From the NCBI GenBank assembly GCA_964036045.1, contig OZ038378.1:29388001-29452000 (forward strand): a DNA stretch of 64,000 bases. The letters are read 5' to 3'. The stretch's first letter is position 1, and each line of letters begins with the position of its first letter. Under the pieces are notes generated by a model, which saw only the letters and a list, made by a program, of their open reading frames with translations, was not told the origin of the DNA and did no database searches. The translations under genes and the position numbers were made by a program. This document shows, one piece after another, positions 12,850-25,138 of this stretch. This stretch comes from Eutreptiella sp. 'Long Island Sound 2002' (taxonomy: Eukaryota; Protista; Euglenida).

Positions 12850-13570
12850 TGCATTTTGGCTTTATGGAACCCAAGACGGCGGTGCCCATGTCCCAATTTT
12901 CTGTTGCCCCCGGGCTCTTCAGACCCCAAGATGGGTGGGGTTACGTTGCTACAAGGGTTATGGAGCCATTTCAGTTTTTCCCCTTCCCGATTTGAGGAGC
13001 TGAGAAGGTATGATTCATGTAGCCATTTCGATTCCTTCCTGCCTCAGGAATCCCCAACATGCCGGGTTACGTATCTATTTAGATTCCTTCTCATTTTGGG
13101 GGATTTCGAAGCAGGGGTAGGGTGTCTCTAGAATGATTGAAATTCATCTTGATTCCTTGTGGTAATGGGGCCCATGAGCAGGCGGTGTATGTAGACCTTT
13201 TTATTCTTGTTTTTGTTTGGAGCCCAAGAATGCAGTCTTTATGTAGCTATTTTGATTCCTCTCTCCATTTTGGGGAGCCCACAAAGGCAAAGGTTATGTG
13301 CCTATTTTGATTTCCCCTTGCATTGGGAATCGTGAGAGGGTAGGGTTGATTTAGCCCCCTTGATTCGTCCTCGTTGTGGGCACCCTGGTACGGCATATTG
13401 TCGCTTGTGGTTGTTGGGGTGAAGGCACATGACGTACCCTGTCTGGTTCCTTCCTATTGTGGGTAGCCCAACAAGGCAGGGATTATGTGGCCATTTTGAT
13501 TCTTATGCAATGTATGACCCCAAGCAAGCACTGGCCATTTTGATTCCTCTTTGCTGTCAGATATGTACCC
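12850..13570. repeat. Degenerate ~55-60-bp tandem repeat (GGTTATGTGGCCATTTTGATTCC core)
   Basis: Recurrent gggttatgtNgcNattttgattcc motif, related to the array at 34280-34780. Confidence 0.55.
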
Positions 13571-13829
13571 ATTTGGATTCCTCCTGTCTGCCACACAACA
13601 CCCACACAAAAGATAGCCTACAAATATGCAAAGAAAAGCTCTTTGCGACAGTTTGCTGCAAATCACCACAATCTTTGGAGTATGCGGAGGTTTGAACGAG
13701 TATCCATCAAACAGTGCTCATGGCTTTGTGTGTGTCTGAGCACCATGGGGGGACTTCGTTTCAATTCCAGACCGTGGCTCCAACGGTGTGTCACCCCGGG
13801 GAGTCCTAGGGTTTAGGCCCGATTTGTCC

Positions 13830-13866
<37 letters not shown>

Positions 13867-14689
13867 ACATGGAGGAGGGGGTGACTCCGCGGGTCCTAGG
13901 ACACCAACTACCCCCGCCCCCTTGGGGGCCTCTGGCCAACGGTTAGTGGGGGGGTAGTTGGCGTCCAACCTGAGGAGTCGCGCTCCCCCCAACGTGTGTG
14001 TGGGGGAAAAATTCGCACCGAGAAAATTTTTGTAGGGGGCTGGGGGCCAGGGCGTTGCTTTTGAAAAAAAAACTTTGCGCTAATTTTGTAGCATTTGGTA
14101 AATGCGACAAATTTAACGCGCAGTTTTCTTTTCAAGGTGTAGGCGAACAGAATTGTTTGCAACAAATATGTGAATGTGTTTGGATTGTGCTTTGCACATT
14201 GCACAAAATGAATTATTGGAACCTATTGATGTATAGTCTTGGGACCTTGTGCATCATTGCCTCGCACAGAGGAATTTTTTTTTAGAGGACAAAAGTTTTT
14301 TTGTCAAAAAATGATGCTCCTCCAATTGCTGCCAGTTATCTTCCGACGGCTGTCCGTTCCTTAGCTGCCATTGGTTACCATCCAACAGCTGTCGGTTACC
14401 ATCCAACCGGAGAAAGAAGCTACAATTCATGGATTTCTTTTTGAACACATGCCACCCTCTTTGCTTTCTTCTCCACTTAACATTGCATGGGTTTGGACAC
14501 CCCAAATTTCGCCATCTATTGCCAAGGCAAGAAACACTGGGCAAGTACATCCGTACCACAGAAACCCCAACGCCACTTGGCCATGATGCACTTTTTCTCA
14601 ACAGCACCCGCATGGGCTAGCGAGGCCGACGTGCCCCCTCCCCATGACAATGATCAGGTGGATAACATGAAACAAGTGCCATAGAGTCG

Positions 14690-15896
14690 TAGAGTAGCAA
14701 CCTCCACCCCCCCCCCCCCCCCCAATTCGGCGGCCGAATTTGGCCGAATTTGCCGAATTGGTCTGCCGAATTGTTCGGTTTCTGAATTTCGCCAATTTGT
14801 TTTGCCGAATCACTGGGTTTCTGGGACTTTGCCGCCTCGTTTTGCCGACCTGTTGGGGTTTATGGGTCACCTGAGTTGGAGGCATCCCTTACTTTGGGAC
14901 ACTGCATAACACCTTTTCTTTGTACATTGGTTGTTCAGATTGGCACCATGCAGTGTTTTTACTGTCCACAAAAGGACGTGTCTTTGGTCCCCTGGGATTC
15001 GTTGTCCTCCGCTGATCAAGCTTTGCTTCGGGACAAGTATCCTGATGCCGGTGAGGGGGCAGTTTGCGAATTTTGTGTTCGCTCTGCACGGCCCAGTGCG
15101 TTCTTCAGCCGCCGTTCTTCGGGCAGCTCACCAACAGGCCCCCAATCAGTGGATTCCGGGCTACTGGTGCCTGCAGTGGATTCTGTAGCTGTGTCTGGGG
15201 AATGCGAGGTTGCCGAGTCTTCCACAGTCTTCCACAGTCTTGCACAGTCTTGCCGTGCACATGAAAAAAAAAAGCGCCACAAACTGAAACTGTGGGACCA
15301 AGTTCCCCCCCCCCCCCCGACACCTCCAAAACCCCCTATTTGACTGTGGGCAGGTTTTGCCATTTTTCTGGGTGACCCCGCCTAAAAACGGTGCTGTTTT
15401 TCCAAAATGTCGTTGAAGCAATCGGCGCTTTTTGGATATTCAGAAAGTGCACAGCCTTCCCCGTGCACATGAAAAAAAAAAGCGCCACAAACTGAAACGG
15501 TGGGACCAATTTACCCCAAGTTACCCCCCGGACACTTCCAAAAACCTGTCTTTGACTCTGGGTCCAGGTCACAAAATTACCCTCAACAGGGTTTGAACCC
15601 AGGTACCCGAATTTTCGGTGTCTTATAGCCCAACACTATAAACAGTCAACCACTCATTTTCGCTGTGCAAAACCATTTTTCGTCTTATAGAACCTGCACG
15701 ATGCAAAAAATTTTTCAGCTTACAAGGGTTTCCACATGTCTCTGACAACACAGCAACCAAAGGGACAGTGTGTTTGGGGGGCCAGGGCCATAATCCTGGT
15801 GACTGGAAAGCATTTCGCCGAAAAATAGGCCCGCCGAATTGTCCTGCCGAATTGTTGGGATTTCTTCGCCGAATTGGGGGGGGTGGTTGCAACCTT
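14690..15896 (+). mobile_element. Non-autonomous TIR DNA transposon with GCCGAATT subterminal repeats
   Basis: Left end gcaacc(t)ccaCnAATTCGGCG versus right end CGCCGAATTGnTGGTTGCAACC. Multiple GCCGAATT copies at both ends. Cys-containing ORF remnant MQCFYC...CEFC at ~14948-15230 and an internal ~210-bp duplication. TSD not clean. Confidence 0.6.
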
Positions 15897-15935
15897 GCCA
15901 TAAGTCCTACAATAAAATGCAACAAAGCACCCCCG

Positions 15936-16530
15936 CTAGGTGTTCCAAACACCAATGCGGTACGTGGCAAATATCCGGTTGTGCACCATGCACACGAGAA
16001 GGTCCATTGGATGTATGTAGACGGGATCGTGGTTAAGTGAGTGGACCCCCCTTACACCAGAACGGCCCGCATTGATGATTCTAGGGGAAGGCCAAGAGGC
16101 AGTAGGCAGAAAACAAGCAACGACACAACCCGAAATGCGAATTGTCTCAAAATGATTACCTCTAGGGAAGTGGCACCCCACAAGGTAGGGGAGGCACTCC
16201 ACCCTTGTGCCTACCCCAAACTGAAACGCAAAATGACTCAAAATGACTACCTCCGGGGATTGCACTCCAGCATTGTGCTTACCCCAACCAGAGAAGGATA
16301 TAGGAGCTACTGGCGAATACACTTTGGGGATGTAGGGCTTGTGCACAAAAGTTGTAACGACAGCACGGCCGGGCCTCTTGAGTACGTTGGAGAGACGGCC
16401 ACGATACCTAACCCCCACCACTGTTGACTTGATATTGAGGCTGGGGCAACCCTTTGTGCCTTGGCACGTTGGGAAATCCTCCAGCAACCTTGAGATAACA
16501 AATTATTATGGATAAACCACCCATCCACCC
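15936..16530 (-). mobile_element. Possible degenerate non-LTR retrotransposon fragment
   Basis: Broken reading frame including WWGLGIVAVSP (GGLG-like RT C-terminal motif); weak. Confidence 0.25.
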
Positions 16531-17074
16531 TGAAACAACTTCGTTTGAAGGGGGGTTTGGGGGAATGTGTAAGGAAAACAATTCACAGGGGTTGGGGGGT
16601 CCTGGGCCTTGCCTGTGAAAATAACATTGTAGCCTAGTATGAGGAATTTTTTCCTACCCCACCTCCCTGTTGGATTTGTCGTATTTGGGCATCATGTGGA
16701 GGGCAGCAGACTTACTTTGGGGGTTGAAAGCCGACCAAACCAACGGTGGGGGTCTTTGTTCATGAACCCTCCTCCATTCCTTGTCCTCGATAGCATTTGC
16801 CCAAGGGGGAGGCCGTCGATCCGCACTAATAGACCGCCATGCCCACGATAGCTATGCAACCCCCTTGACCTTACTACCCCCCCCCCCCCCCCACCTCTAA
16901 GCCCCCTCCTTGGGCAAAAATAGTGTCAAATTATAAAGAGCCATCATGGGCACAAAGCACCCAAACCAGGCATTTTTCTAGAAACCTATAACCCCCAGGG
17001 GGTATATAGGTAGGGGGCGGGGTTTAGGCGCTGGCCCTTGCTCTGAAGCCACGCCCCCTCCTGCACCTTCGTAG

Positions 17075-17380
17075 AGTGACCCCACAGACTGTGTGGACGG
17101 ACATCGAGATACCCGATGCCGAAAGGATCCAGGTTGAGGGCTTCTTGCGGATCACCCAGAACCGCCGTGGCGCCAAACTGCAAAGCCGCAGGGTTACGCT
17201 CCGGGACCGCACCGGGCAGAAGGTGACCCTGTTGGCGTGCGTGCACGTGGGCAGTCAGGAGTATTATGATGAGTTGGTAGCGGTTGCCAGCAACCATCAC
17301 AATTGCAGTCTGTACGAACTGATCACGGCGGAGGAGAACATCGTGACCGACGATGCCGGGCGTCGCCGATTGGCTCGCAG
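17075..17380 (+). CDS. Host TraB/GumN-like gene, exon with N-terminal conserved His motif
   Basis: caccttcgtAG acceptor and GTctgt donor; phase 2-2; ...VTLRDRTGQKVTLLACVHVGSQEYYDELV...LYELI matches the V.L.G.VH.G...YY..L...VLYEL pattern of TraB/GumN-like plant/algal/planctomycete proteins. GC-rich codons. Confidence 0.85.
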
Positions 17381-17629
17381 GTCTGTGCCTACCTCCATCA
17401 CCGTCACCGTCCCGGTCACTGTGCTTGTCAAATACCTCTTCCTCATCTCCCTGTTGCTAGCCTACCACTGCTGGCCCCACCTTGGCCGTCCGTCCGTCGG
17501 CCCGTCGGCGCTGTCCTGCATGAATGGTGCGCCAGTCCGTGTCCACACTGTAGTGGTGGAGGCAGTGGCAGTGATAGGGATACTGGCAGTGGCGCAGGCG
17601 GGGGCAGTAAAAGTGACTGAGACAATGAC

Positions 17630-17810
17630 AGAGACATTGGCAGTGACAGTAATAGCAATGTAGGCAGTGGCAGTGGTAGTGACACTGACAGCAACACAGG
17701 CAGAGGCCATGACAGTGACTGTGACTGTGAGAATGATCGTGACAGTGACCGTGACGGTGACCATGGCAGTGACAGTGACGGTGACAGTGACGGTGACAGC
17801 TGGGGAGCAG
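17630..17810. repeat. (CAGTGA/CGGTGA)-type hexamer microsatellite within an intron
   Basis: Direct reading; it generates the spurious VTVTVT ORFs. Confidence 0.8.
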
Positions 17811-18319
17811 CAACGGTGGCAACTCGTCCTCGTATCCTCGCTGCCATGATCGTCGCACTGCCTGAGGAAGCAGACACGGCCACCGATGCACGTGATGCTG
17901 CCGGCGATTGTGCCGCTGTAGTTGGGCTCGGCCCTGGCGCTGAGTGAAGATGTGGTGGTGACCGAGGGGCATATTATGTGCCAGCCATGCAACACAGCTC
18001 CCGTCCCGGATACAGTGCACACAGGCCATGCGGCACCATCTGCCGACAGATGGATCTCACCACTGCACTACAGCACCACAGGGCGTGTTTGCCAAACGCT
18101 TAGACAGCCGCTGGAGGCAACCACGGCCCCCACAGTTCTTCACGGATTGCCAGGCAGGCCGTTGTTTCCATTTAATCCGCATCTGCGGCGGCATTTTGTT
18201 TGACATGTCCTTTTGCTTGTGATCTGCGCATGGAATGCCGCACAAAACGGTGCCACGCCCTTTTGCTATAAATCTGTGGCTCACGCTTGGACGGCCGCAG
18301 GAGGCAAACAATGCAGGGC

Positions 18320-18470
18320 TGTAGATATACACGTATTTGTATATGCGCATATACCCGTATACATGCATATATCTATACATGTATACGTCGCGTATGTGTA
18401 TACATGCGTATGCGCATACACATATACGTGTCCGCATATACACGTATATGCGTATGCGTACATATCTGAC
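18320..18470. repeat. Alternating purine-pyrimidine (TA/CA/CG) tract
   Basis: tatacacgtatttgtatatgcgcatatacccgtatacatgcat... about 150 bp, almost strictly alternating. Confidence 0.8.
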
Positions 18471-19364
18471 AAAAGGCCGCTGCCCCGCCAACAGTCGTGC
18501 AGGGCATGTCGTCCACTGCACTTCAGGGCAGGGAGGGCGTTTGAGCCCATTTCCCAGATCCTCACACTCATTGGGCCCAAAGGGCGGGGCCTACATAGAG
18601 CATTGCAGGACGCCTGACAATTGTTCAAAACATTGATTTGGCACACAATGTAGGCAAATCTGGTTCACACCCATCCCCCCCCCCCCCACATATGTTCTAA
18701 ACCGATGCCACTGGAAAAACATGAGGTCTGGCCCACCGAGCCTGTTTTCCAGACCCCCCACCCCTCCAATTCATACCAGCTCGAAGGGCCCCCCTCCCCC
18801 AGAGTTGCAGTGGACCGCAGGCCGGTGACAAAACGCCGCATGCCCTGCAGTCTGGATGTGATTGGGGTGCAGGCGTTCCGCGTATTGTCCTGGGCCCCAG
18901 TGCCCCCCCCCCCCCCCCCCACTGCACCTTGGGCGCCGGAGGAGGAGGCTTGAGGACTGTGCATCTCAAGGTCGTCTGAGAACCGTTGACTGTAGGGGGA
19001 TCCCTGGCCTCTTTCCTGTCACTCACCCCCGTACTGCATGATGGCCGACAGGCATGCTTTGTTCCAGGTGTGCAGAGCTGGTGTCTCCCCTCTGGCGGTT
19101 ACTTGCCGCCAGGGAATGGGTGAGGGAATCGGTTCCTGAGGCTCTTGGGGTGCGGACACAAATGCGGACAATCTTCGCAGTACAAAGGGCCCGTCTGGAC
19201 AGCCTCAAACCGCTGTTGGTGACAGCCGCCGGTCAACCACTGTTGCTGGATGAGCTAACGTAATGAAATATGAACAGCGATTTGCCCCCAGCCACTGTCA
19301 ATGAATTGCCACCCGACGGCTGTTGTTGCTCTGTGCATTGGCAACATTCCTGGTAAAGTAGCAG

Positions 19365-20180
19365 ATTATTCGAAGTGCACCCATTTGGCAAATGGACCCC
19401 AGAGGCACGTCAGTGCCAACTGATTGACACGGAGAGATATTCTTTTCTCTACATGGCCCACTTGTAGATACATGGGGGTCTGGGTACACATTTTACCACT
19501 ATATTTCCCTTCAAGAAACACTACCTTTTCTGCGGTTGGCTGTATAACCACTTGTTCCACGTTGTGTAACAGGGTGTGCAACCCCGGCGCACTTGTGTCA
19601 CCAGCACTTAAATGTGTAACTGGACGTGTAACGGTGACACGTTTTGTGCAACCACCCCCATCCCACCACACAAACACCACTTGTTGTCCCCCCCCCCCCC
19701 CTTGTGACCGCATGTGTAACCGGTGACACATTTCGTGTACCCGCCCCTCCCACCACAGAAACAGAGACAATGCACAACACCAAGGAAGGGACATCAACCT
19801 TCTACTTACCGTGCGCTTTGAGAGGTTTTTTTTTGTGCCAATCGCCGAAACATTCAGATTTATGGAGTGGCACTCCACAGGCGGAGCGCACAAACAAGGT
19901 GCGCCCACAACAATGGACACCAAAGCAATGTGTAACCGCTGCTGTAACCGGTGACACATATGTGTAACTGCCCTGATGGAAGAAAAAATGAGTAAACATG
20001 CACACCATGGGGTTCGCCCGGGGTGACACATGTGTCGGCCCAAAAAAATACCTGAAACAAAAAACCCTTCTTGACCTACACGAAGTGGGTGTGTCAGCGG
20101 CAGGGGCATTTGCAAAATGCCTCTATTCAACTCAACTCAAAAATTTGCAGGTGTGGCCCAAAATTTGATGTGTAACCCCG
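19365..20180. mobile_element. MITE-like element with TGTAACCGGTGACACA internal repeats
   Basis: CATTTGGCAAATG (~19383) and CATTTGCAAAATG (~20107) near-inverted ends, with five or more tgtaac...gtgacac motifs between them. Confidence 0.4.
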
Positions 20181-21342
20181 GTAGAGAAAGGAATATGCAC
20201 GGCACACACCGGCTGCTCTGGGTGCTTGTCAACGTCTTGTGCAGTGGCATCCGACTGTCTCAAAGAGTAGCCGGATTCGACTGATCGCAAGGGACAGCCT
20301 TTAGAGCAGTGGTTCTGAGCCCTCTTTTCACTGAGAATTGAACCTGCCCCCTTCCTCCTGCTCAGCCGAGCCTTGATGATCTGCAAGTCCTGCAAACAAG
20401 CCGTCCCAGGTTCAATTCCCACTCTTCACAGTATTATTGAGGCTCCTCTCACACTGCCTGCCCACTGGATATTGCTGTACAGGTGCATCTTCCTGGTTTC
20501 CCCTGATGCGCTTGTTGATGCCACCCCCCCACACGTGCCCCGCAGGGGCTTGAGGATAGGGAGTAGCTTCTGACAAACGCAGTTTCAACACTTGCACATC
20601 AGGTGTGCACTGTGTGTCTGGTGGCTTGGCTCGGACCTCCTGCATTATGACTGGGCCATGCGCCTCTGACGTGTGGTCTGCTTTTGTTGGTGAGCCACTG
20701 ACTGCGTAGGGCCTCCCGTGCCGCTAGTCAGGCCATGAAGTGACAAGTGGCGCTGTCAGTGTGCCCAGGTGGGTATGGGTGCCGCATGGCAATCTATTGA
20801 GGCGACCCAGTCAGGGCCGGGATGGACGGGATGGGAGTATGCTGAGCTAATGCGATCGGGAGCGCTCCCAGTGACCTCAAGAGGTGTTGCAGGCAGACGT
20901 GCCATTGGCGTCTGGGACATCAGACACCATCACATGGTATTCCATCGTGCTGACTGGCGCACTGAAAGCAGCTAGTTTCCTACGAAGTGCTGGTTTTGAC
21001 GGGAGCGGGGATTGCTGAGTGGCATGGCACATGGTGCGGGACTGATTCCGAACAGCACTCTCAGAACGTCTGGTCGCAGGCACATCACAGCTCCAGCGAC
21101 AGTGACCCTTGTGCTTTGTAGACACGTACCCCCCCGGGAGGGTACTGCAGCACCCCATTACCCTTTCCGTTCCCTTGCAACACCTGCTTAACCACCATCG
21201 ATTATACTTCAGCCGCCGTTGGTTACCGCCCGAAAATGGCTGCGTGTGTGACCACCCCCTTTCTTCCCTTTTGTTGCTCTTTTGAGTTCGGCGGCGCCCT
21301 GCCCGCAGCCCTCCACATGCACCCCCCTCCTCCTCCGCGCAG

Positions 21343-21961
21343 GCTCTACCCCACGCCCGAGGCCCAGCGCCTCGCCGCCACCCACGCCCTCGTGACCCAA
21401 ACCGGGGCCTTCCCCGTCAACCCCAAGGGCTGGTGGGTCGCCGACGTGTCCTCTGATCAGCTGCGGGCGTGGCAGCAGAAGGCCGGCGAGAGCCCTGCGC
21501 TGCCGCCCCTCCTTGAGGCCCTGCGCGTCATCGTCCTGGGCCGTGCCCCCAGCCCCCGACAGTGGCTGCTGCGCGCATTTTGGTGGGTTGCCCCGTGCCC
21601 CGAGCCCACGCTGCTGCTCCTGGACTGGCTGTGGGTCGGGGGCCGCCCGGCGCCGGTGCTCGGGGCGCTGGTGGACCGCTTGAGCGCCTTCGACGTCCTC
21701 GGGGCCCGGCGGCTGGCGTTCGCACAGATCATCGTCAGCAGCCAGCCCACCCCCGAGGCCGGGACCGGCCTTCCCCCGCCGCCCCCGGTGCTCATCACGC
21801 GGCGCAACACCGTCGCGCTGGAGGCGCTGCGCCAGGCCTTCGCGGCGGGGGACAACCGCGTCGCGCTGCTGTACGGGGTCCAGCATGTCCCCGACCTCCT
21901 GCAGCGGCTGCTGGCGGACGGGATGCAGGTGGTGGGGTCGCAGTGGATGACGGTGTGGCAG
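21343..21961 (+). CDS. Host TraB/GumN-like gene, main catalytic-domain exon
   Basis: cctcctccgcgcAG acceptor and GTctct donor; phase 2-0. Contains WWVADVSSDQL, LITRRNTVALEAL and VALLYGVQHVPDLLQRL...SQWMTVW (the RN and LYGxxH motifs of the TraB/GumN/Tiki-like family). Very high GC3. Confidence 0.9.
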
Positions 21962-22983
21962 GTCTCTGCACTGGGCCATACTGCTCCGGGTGTCGCGGCC
22001 TCGGGTGCTGCGTCTGTCTTTGCCTGAGCCACTGCCCGTGCCACTGCGCCGACCTCTGGTCGTTGCTTCTATCTTCTGCCGCTGTGCGTCCCACTGCCCG
22101 GTGCTGCCCTGTACCAGGCCAGTGCCTCAACCGTTGCCTTGACCACTGCCCACTGCCCCTGTCCGCACCACTGTCCCTACCATTGCCACTAACTCTGCCC
22201 CCACCATCGACGACGACGATAGCATCGTTTGGCCACGGCAGTCAAGGCAGAGGGTGTGAGGGTTGGGGTAGTGATGCATCACGGGGTAAGTGTCACACGA
22301 GCGTTGAGGAGTGCCTTTTTGGAGTGTTGATGTGGCACTCCCGTCTTTTTTTGAGCACTTTACTTGCGGCTGTTGATCTCTGTGTATTGTGGAAGCGCAC
22401 GGGGGATGCTCAAGGAGGCGCCCCCGGTTGTTTGGGGAGTTCAAACATTCACTAAGGCAGTTGCCTACTACCCGCCACTCCCCTGGTCACTGCCCTTTGC
22501 CACCTTGCTCTGGACCTGTTTCTATGCCCGGGCCAGCGCCTGTTTGGCCCCGCGAGTCTCGTTGCGCGCTATGTCTGGTTAGTAGGTTGTGCATGGCGCA
22601 TGTCCTCCTGGTGCCGGTCAGGGGCGTCGAGGGCTCTTGCTCGTATTGCACAGTATCGCCGCTTGTGGCTGCGTACCTGTACCTGCTCCAACACGCTGCA
22701 CGTTCTGCTTGGGGCTAGGGCTGTGTGTTGTCCTGTGGCGACCACAGCCGGTACCACGGCTGCCGTGAGAGGGAAGTGGGGGAAGTTGTTGAAATAGATG
22801 TTGAGGAGACGGAGGACGAGGTGGGTTATGTCGCACGTGGCGCTGTGGACGCCAACCCAGAGCCTGATGGAGAGGCAGTCTGTGTGACGGTTGGAGTTGG
22901 GGTTGGAGTTGCGCACCGCAGCCAGTCCCCGACACACTTGCCCCATGCGACTGCTGCCGCGGCCACCCCTATGGCTCATGCAG

Positions 22984-23271
22984 GTGGATAACCCCCGGGA
23001 GCCACTGTTGGAGAAGCTGCCCCTCCCGCTGCGTGGGGCGGCAGGCGCAGTGCGGACGCTGGCGATCCCATTCTGGTTTTTCTTTGGAGGCTACGATTGG
23101 GTGGTGACGCTGACGCAGGTGGTGGGCATCCAGGACAGCGCAGTGCAGGTGCTGCCGGACGCCCCGGAGGCGCTGCTGCTGTACTTCGTGCGGCACGGGG
23201 CGCTTTATTACGCCCTGAGCAAGTGGGTCCTGGAGTGGAACCGGCAGCTGTTTTCGGAATCGGATATGTGA
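22984..23271 (+). CDS. Host TraB/GumN-like gene, last exon (membrane-anchored C-terminus)
   Basis: ctcatgcAG acceptor, phase 0; hydrophobic LAIPFWFFFGGYDW and LLLYFVRHGALYYALSKWVLEW; TGA at 23269-23271. The six exons total 1577 nt = 2 nt + 525 codons. Confidence 0.85.
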   Translation: MDNPREPLLEKLPLPLRGAAGAVRTLAIPFWFFFGGYDWVVTLTQVVGIQDSAVQVLPDAPEALLLYFVRHGALYYALSKWVLEWNRQLFSESDM

Positions 23272-24110
23272 GTGGATGAGGACAGGGGGCATGCAGCCCC
23301 GCAGTTGTGTAAGTGAGAGTGGAATGCTGGCATGATTGCCGCCGTGGCGTCCACTCCCGCCGATCGCAAAGGCGTCACGTTCAGTCATTCCTATGATTGT
23401 GCATCTTCAAGGGTGCTCTCCACCGCTGATAGTGCCGGTTTGGGGGGGGTTGCCACCAAGGCCAAAGTTTAGCAGGGGAGGGGGGGCAGCACCCCCGTCT
23501 GGGACGCTCCATGCGGCGTTGATAGACTAGCTTACTCATTGGGCCATGGCAGCCCCCCCCCCCCCCACTTCAATGGACTCGGGACTGCAGGCAACCGCTA
23601 CCCCGTCCGACACAGACGCCCTCCCTTTTAATCAAATTAACTGTTGAACAGCTCTAACAACGGCCGCAATTTGGTCCTGCGGCTCGGGGGCCATTCCGAA
23701 CCTCCGCCTCCCAACGCTTTCCTCGGGCTTTGGTCCCAATTGTCGTGTTCAGGAGTCATGTCGAGGGTAACAGACCCAGTGAAGCCTAGTACAACACGTG
23801 CAGGCGCATTGTCAATTGATGGTCTGCTGGACGCAATGTTCGGGTCACTTCGGACGCGGCTTGCCGATGCAGTGGGACTACTTGCCGGAGCATTGTGCCT
23901 CAGAGTGCCTGCCACTGGCACCAGGCTGAGGGGATGAGGGGATACCGTGTATGTGTGTGTGTGTGCGCTCGCGTGCGTCACGTGCGCCAGATCTGTGATG
24001 GCAAGGTGGTGCCCTACTGATACAGGGATTGCATGTTCGTTTCGGGTTAGATTTCAGGGCCCACGGTACAACATCCTGGCAATTTGCTTTTTGGTAACGG
24101 CGCCTTAGGC

Positions 24111-24145
<35 letters not shown>

Positions 24146-24203
24146 CACACACACACAACGTTTAGCCCAGTGCACTCCTTGCTGCTCCGCCTGCTGGTCG
24201 AGC

Positions 24204-24244
<41 letters not shown>

Positions 24245-25138
24245 ATGAACATCCAACCTGCTCCCCGTGCCCCCATCCTTGCTACAGAAAGGCGCCTAGC
24301 CACATGATTTTCCCTGTTTTGATGGCGTGATGAGGTGTTTTGAAGCCAGAGCCTTTTGACTGCCTGCCTGTGCTCGTCCACATTGGTCGTCGGTTCGTTG
24401 GTTTCTCTCACAAAGTGTGTGTGTGTGTGGGTGGGTGGGTGTGGGTGTGGGTGTGTCTGTATGCATGTGTTGTGTGTGTATTTGTGTGTGTGTGCTGATG
24501 ACATTTTTACCAAAAGACAATGGCTAGGACGTTGTACCAATGGGATTTGGTAGACAATTGGGCCCTCAAGCTTACTCTGAGCATATGCCTTAAATATTCG
24601 GCAACAGGGCACACCCCTACGCAGATCTGTTTGCCTTCGTGACTCATTGCTCAATTGAAGGTGGTCATGGGCACTCCCTGTTGGTGGAGCCACAGCTCCT
24701 GTAGGGCCCGCCACTATACCCTGAGGCCCTGCCTAGGCATGAAGGAGCGTTGCATGTGCTTGGGGCATTGGGTAGTGGAATTTAGGCAATGCACTGCCGC
24801 ACTGGAATGGTGAAAAGTTTGCTTTGGGCTGGGTGGGTGGGAGGGTGGGTGTGGGGGGGCTTTGATTGTGATTGGACTTTGAAAAAATTGAGGGGTCAAG
24901 AAAAGGGGCTTAAAAGGTCGCAACTTTGTTTCTTCAATACAAGGGATCCAAGGGGCAATTAGATGTTTCTTAGCCAGAATGCAGCAAAATAGGGGTGATG
25001 GTGAGGTTGAGGGTTAGTGTTTGGGCTCAAGTGATGAGGGTGATAGGGGGGCTAGTAGCCTTTTGGTGCAATTGTTTCCCCTCAGCATATCATCTCTCAT
25101 GACTCATCCAGTTCTTTCCTCGAAATGCCCAATACGAG

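Noticed and set aside
17443-18029. Long ORFs rich in VT/CH/SL repeats
   Set aside because: Products of a hexamer microsatellite inside an intron.
20300-20425. tRNA-like A/B boxes (TAGAGCAGTGG...GGTTCAATTCC); a similar minus-strand B box at ~15585
   Set aside because: No cloverleaf can be folded and the spacing is wrong; at most SINE heads.
21209-22455. 256-297-aa overlapping ORFs on other frames and the opposite strand
   Set aside because: Shadows of the GC-rich true exon 21343-21961.
23268-23273. Perfect GTGAGT donor overlapping the stop codon, suggesting a further exon
   Set aside because: No downstream exon was found and the protein already appears complete; RNA data are needed.
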